A stretch of 26,764 nt of DNA, from NCBI GenBank assembly GCA_964523205.1, contig CAZFZG010000003.1, positions 10,719 through 37,482 of the forward strand, read 5' to 3'. Origin of the DNA: an uncultured Chthoniobacteraceae bacterium. Lineage in GTDB: Bacteria > Verrucomicrobiota > Verrucomicrobiia > Chthoniobacterales > UBA10450. Below are positions 23,495 through 26,764 of this stretch, piece by piece. The notes below the pieces were generated by a model. That model had not been told where the DNA came from and did not search any database. It saw only the letters and a list, made by a program, of their open reading frames with translations. Made by a program: the position numbers and the translations under genes. How positions within the stretch are numbered: position 1 is the first letter of the stretch; the number at the start of each line of letters is the position of its first letter.

Positions 23495-25428
23495 TGTATC
23501 CGCAGATTTCGCAGATGAGCCTGAAATTTTTCCAATGCCTGAGCCGAATCCGCGGACGTTTGTGCAAACTGGGGGCGCTGTTCGTCTTGCTCCCGCTCAC
23601 TACGTTCGCTCAATCGCCCACGCCCGGACCGAGCGCTTCACCAGAAGAGGAGACAATTATCCCGACCTTCGAGACGCAAAAACTGGCGCGGACGTACGTT
23701 CTCGACGTTCCGGCGCCGCGCGGACAAATTACCGACCGCACCGGCCTACCGCTGGCTCAAAACAAAGTCAGCTACAATCTGGCGGTCAGTTTTCCGACGC
23801 CGCTCGATTTTACTGACACTAAAGCGATCGCCTTCACACGTGAAAAAATTGCTCTGGCGACCAAGTTGACTGGTCGGGCGGTCAAGATTTCGGATGACGC
23901 GATCCTGCGTCATTATCACAACCGCGGAATTCTGCCGTTAGAGATCGCGCAGAACCTGAGCCAGTCGGAATACGAAGCTGCCAAAGATCGGGCGAAGGAT
24001 TTTCTGGTGGTGCGACCGGTTTACGTTCGGGTCTATCCGAGTGGGAAAACCGCCGGGGCAATCGTCGGCTACACTGGCAAGACCGGGCGCAATCTCGACG
24101 GCATCATCGACAATCACGAAACTCTTTGGCCGGAGACGGAAGGTCGTGATGGGCTGGAACAAACCTTTAACGAACTGCTCACCGGCAAGCGCGGCGAATA
24201 CAAACTGACCTTCGACAAGGATGGTCGCAAAACCTCGGAGAAAATGATGAAGCCGGCAGTGCCCGGCAACAATATCGTTACGACGTTGGATCTGCGGCTC
24301 CAGGAGCTCGCCGAAAAAGCGCTGGCGGCCAAGGCTAAACGCGGCGCGATCGTCGTTGTCGACCCGAACGATGGCGACGTTCTGGCGATGGCGTCCTGGC
24401 CGACTTACGATCCGAATCTTTTTGTTCCATCGATTTCGGCGGAGAAATTCAAACAGTTGCAGAACGATCCCGATCTTCCACTTTTGCCACGCGCCTTTCG
24501 TTCCGCTTATCCACCGGGCTCCACCTTTAAGGTGGCGGTGGGCATTGCCGCGCTCGAGACGGGCGCAGTCCATTCGGACGATCTTTACCAATGCGTGCCG
24601 GGAATCCAGATCGGGAACCTGACATTTCACAATTGGAAGAAGGGCGACCAGGGCGCCTTGAACTTCGTCCAGGCACTCACCCAATCGTGCGATACCTGGT
24701 TTTATCAGGTCGGCATCAAAGCTGGCGCGGATCCGATTATCGAATGGGCGCTAAAGCTCGGCTTCGGCGCAAAATGCGGGATTCCGTTGCGAGGCGAGTC
24801 CGAAGGCCGCGTGCCGAATGACGAATACATGAAAGCGACCCACGGTCGCAAATTGCTCAACGGCGACGTCGCCAATTTATCGATCGGTCAGGGCGACATG
24901 CTGGTCACGCCGCTGCAAATGGCACAAGCGATGGCAATCGTTGCCAACGGCGGAAAATTTTATCAAACGCGCCTGGTGAGTCAGGTGCAGTCGTTAAATC
25001 AGGAAATCGTAACGGCTTACGAGCTGCGGGAAAAACGCACGCTCGACGTTTCCCCGGCGACGATGGGCGAGGTGCGCAGGGGGATGATCGAAGTGGTTAA
25101 CGGCCCGAACGGCACCGGGCACGAAGCGCAGTTAGAAAGCGTCGAGGTTGCGGGAAAAACCGGGACTGCCCAGTGGGGCCCGAAGAACAAGGAACGAACT
25201 GCGGCCTGGTTCGCTGGATTTTTGCCAGCGGACGAACCGAAATACGCGTTCGCGGCAGTTTACGAAGGCGACGTTGGGAGCAAAGTCCATGGCGGAACAA
25301 CGGCGGCTCCGATGATCGCTGACGTCTTCAAAGAGATTTACAAATCTTCGGAGACTGCAAGCCGCCGGCGTGAATCGACTCAAGAAATTCGCCGCGCCCA
25401 GCCTGTTGAGGAAGACGCGTCGGATTAA
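23494..25428 (+). CDS. mrdA: Class B penicillin-binding protein, PBP2/MrdA-like transpeptidase
   Basis: APRGQITDR.G, R.YP, GSTFK (SxxK), SCD (SxD as in PBP2), SIGQG...TPLQMA, AGKTGTAQ. Start uncertain: 23494 (TGATG coupling to uvrC), 23515 or 23560. Confidence 0.88.
   Translation: MYPQISQMSLKFFQCLSRIRGRLCKLGALFVLLPLTTFAQSPTPGPSASPEEETIIPTFETQKLARTYVLDVPAPRGQITDRTGLPLAQNKVSYNLAVSFPTPLDFTDTKAIAFTREKIALATKLTGRAVKISDDAILRHYHNRGILPLEIAQNLSQSEYEAAKDRAKDFLVVRPVYVRVYPSGKTAGAIVGYTGKTGRNLDGIIDNHETLWPETEGRDGLEQTFNELLTGKRGEYKLTFDKDGRKTSEKMMKPAVPGNNIVTTLDLRLQELAEKALAAKAKRGAIVVVDPNDGDVLAMASWPTYDPNLFVPSISAEKFKQLQNDPDLPLLPRAFRSAYPPGSTFKVAVGIAALETGAVHSDDLYQCVPGIQIGNLTFHNWKKGDQGALNFVQALTQSCDTWFYQVGIKAGADPIIEWALKLGFGAKCGIPLRGESEGRVPNDEYMKATHGRKLLNGDVANLSIGQGDMLVTPLQMAQAMAIVANGGKFYQTRLVSQVQSLNQEIVTAYELREKRTLDVSPATMGEVRRGMIEVVNGPNGTGHEAQLESVEVAGKTGTAQWGPKNKERTAAWFAGFLPADEPKYAFAAVYEGDVGSKVHGGTTAAPMIADVFKEIYKSSETASRRRESTQEIRRAQPVEEDASD
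23498..23557. repeat. Degenerate nonamer (CGCAGATTT)-type inverted element at the PBP2 5' end
   Basis: CGCAGATTT CGCAGATGA tandem. ATCCGCAGATT (23498-23508) pairs 9/11 with AATCCGCGGAC (23547-23557). Confidence 0.55.
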
Positions 25429-26465
25429 GCCGCTGCTGTTTCTTTCGGCAGCTCCATTGTGCCCTTAAACTTTGGTTCTTCCGGTTCGAGGCCGAAGTTT
25501 TGGGAATAGAGATTGTCGATCTTGGCGAGCTCATCCGAAGTCAACGGCTGGCAATCGGGGGCTTTAGCGAACTCGATCAGTTGCTCTTCGTTGTAAATGT
25601 TTGGCAGGGTCGAAGCGACGCGATCGTCTGTCAGCAACCATTTCAATGCCGCCTGGCCAAGCGTCCGCTCCGAGTTTTCAAGAAACCGCAACTTGTCAAT
25701 TTTCTTGATCCCGTTGAACAGCCAACTGCGCGGCCGGTGGCTACGATGATCGGTTGGCGGAAAAACCGTGTCGGCGGTGTATTTGCCTTCGAGCATACCA
25801 GACGAATGGGGGACGCGGATCAGAAACATGGTGTCCCTGCCGAACTCGGTCGCGGTGTCGTGAATGGCGCGACCGGGATGCTGTTCCAGCATGTTGTAAA
25901 TGTGCTGGAGGCTGGTGATGTCGCGATCGCGAATACAATTGGCGCCTTCGTAGAGCCAGCCGATTGCCGGTCCGAGAGCAATGCCATAGTAACGAACTTT
26001 TCCGACGGCTCTTAATTTCTCGAGCGTTGTCCAAAGCGCGTCTTCGTAAACTTGCTCCATCCGGATGTTATGAAGCTGGAGCAAATCGATTCGATCGGTG
26101 TTCAATCGTTTCAAGGCCGCATCGGTGGCCCGCGCTATCGCGTCCGGCGAAAAATCTTGCGGAATCTCTCGCTGACCGCGACCGCGCGCTTCACCGTGAT
26201 GTACGAAATCGTAGCCGACCTTAGTCGCGATCACGATTTCGTCGCGCTGTTTCGGGAAAGCTTTGGCGATCAGCTCCTCGCTTAGGCCGTTGCCGTAGGT
26301 ATCGGCGGCATCGAAAAGGGTGACCCCAAGGTCGAACGCCCTATGCATGAGCGCGCTCGCTTCGCTCTCGGTAAAATTCCCCCACCAACCGGTCGAAACG
26401 GTCCAGAGTCCGAAGCCGACTTCACTAACCGTCAGGTCGGTGTTCTTGTAAGTGCGAAAACGCAT
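25425..26465 (-). CDS. Aldo/keto reductase
   Basis: VSEVGFG.W, FDAADTYG.G.SE, IATKVG, LKRL.TDRIDLLQLH (D/Y/K/H tetrad), LGQAALKWLL. Confidence 0.94.
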   Translation of the reverse strand: MRFRTYKNTDLTVSEVGFGLWTVSTGWWGNFTESEASALMHRAFDLGVTLFDAADTYGNGLSEELIAKAFPKQRDEIVIATKVGYDFVHHGEARGRGQREIPQDFSPDAIARATDAALKRLNTDRIDLLQLHNIRMEQVYEDALWTTLEKLRAVGKVRYYGIALGPAIGWLYEGANCIRDRDITSLQHIYNMLEQHPGRAIHDTATEFGRDTMFLIRVPHSSGMLEGKYTADTVFPPTDHRSHRPRSWLFNGIKKIDKLRFLENSERTLGQAALKWLLTDDRVASTLPNIYNEEQLIEFAKAPDCQPLTSDELAKIDNLYSQNFGLEPEEPKFKGTMELPKETAAA

Positions 26466-26474
26466 TCCAGAATT

Positions 26475-26550
26475 TTAACACGAAGGACGCGAAGATCACG
26501 AAGGATGTTCGAGCAAAAGCCTGCGTGCCCTTCCTACTCTTCGTGGTTAA
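26475..26550. repeat. Inverted pair of nonamer (CACGAAGG-type) arrays bounded by TTAA
   Basis: TTA-ACACGAAGG ACGCGAAGA TCACGAAGG ... CCTGCGTGC CCTTCCTAC TCTTCGTGG-TTAA, in the divergent AKR/CbiX gap. Confidence 0.75.
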
Positions 26551-26559
26551 TTAGGGATC

Positions 26560-26764
26560 GTGGAAGCCAAATCCGACGCGGGTTTGTTGATCGTCGGTCA
26601 CGGTTCGACCGTGAACCCGGATTCGAGCGTGCCGACTCTGGCGCACGCGGCAGAGATCCGGAAACGACGGATTTTTGCCGAGGTCCAGTGCGCGTTTTGG
26701 AAGGAAGAGCCGAGCTTGGGTGACGCGCATTTTCTATTCGATCCGGAAACGGTTCGTGAAGTTC
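26560..26764 (+). CDS. CbiX/SirB-family sirohydrochlorin chelatase domain protein (3' truncated; absent from the supplied ORF track)
   Basis: Manual translation from GTG 26560: MEAKSDAGLLIVGHGSTVNPDSSVPTLAHAAEIRKRRIFAEVQCAFWKEEPSL..., with the GHGS and AF..E.PSL chelatase motifs. Frame stays open to the window end. Confidence 0.85.
   Translation, partial: MEAKSDAGLLIVGHGSTVNPDSSVPTLAHAAEIRKRRIFAEVQCAFWKEEPSLGDAHFLFDPETVREV

Noticed and set aside
400-25932. Several GCGATCGC (HIP1-like) octamers (near 402, 19084, 23824, 25923)
   Set aside because: Only about four were noticed by eye, in sequence generally rich in CG and GATC. Enrichment cannot be claimed without a Markov-model count.
4069-26550. 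CRISPR interpretation of the tandem arrays
   Set aside because: Units are 7-9 bp and contiguous, with no unique spacers and no cas genes.
157-26723. The many overlapping alternative-frame and antisense ORFs in the track (e.g. 2469-2996, 3465-4070, 13202-13738, 13542-14270, 23938-24684, 25500-26015)
   Set aside because: They shadow well-supported genes, show no recognisable motifs and have Arg/Ser/Pro-rich composition typical of off-frame reads in GC-rich DNA.

Overview
Housekeeping region of a moderately GC-rich bacterium. Protein style and gene order suggest Verrucomicrobiota, probably Chthoniobacterales/Spartobacteria (inference). It contains hisS (3' end)-aspS, a 7Fe ferredoxin, a Na+/solute symporter, an OGG1-type glycosylase, tonB-exbB-exbD-def, dnaA-dnaN with a 534-bp upstream intergenic region (candidate oriC), a GT9 transferase, miaB, mtnP, a D,D-carboxypeptidase, a glyoxalase, ubiX-DUF374-folD, an FAD oxidoreductase, a site-2 protease, uvrC, a PBP2-like transpeptidase, an aldo/keto reductase, and the 5' end of a CbiX/SirB chelatase missed by the ORF track. 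I saw no rRNA, tRNA, CRISPR array, transposase or integrase. The unusual signal is a dense layer of small repeats. These are two families of REP-like doublets, four kinds of heptamer or nonamer tandem arrays (mostly arranged as inverted arms), and an exact 17-bp motif present in two unrelated genes. Several lie in frame inside conserved proteins (UvrC, AspRS, GT9, the OGG C-terminus, the PBP2 N-terminus). Other points of interest are a near-consensus promoter pointing antisense into mtnP and towards miaB, a structured 120-bp intergenic region, and a DnaA with altered box-reading residues.
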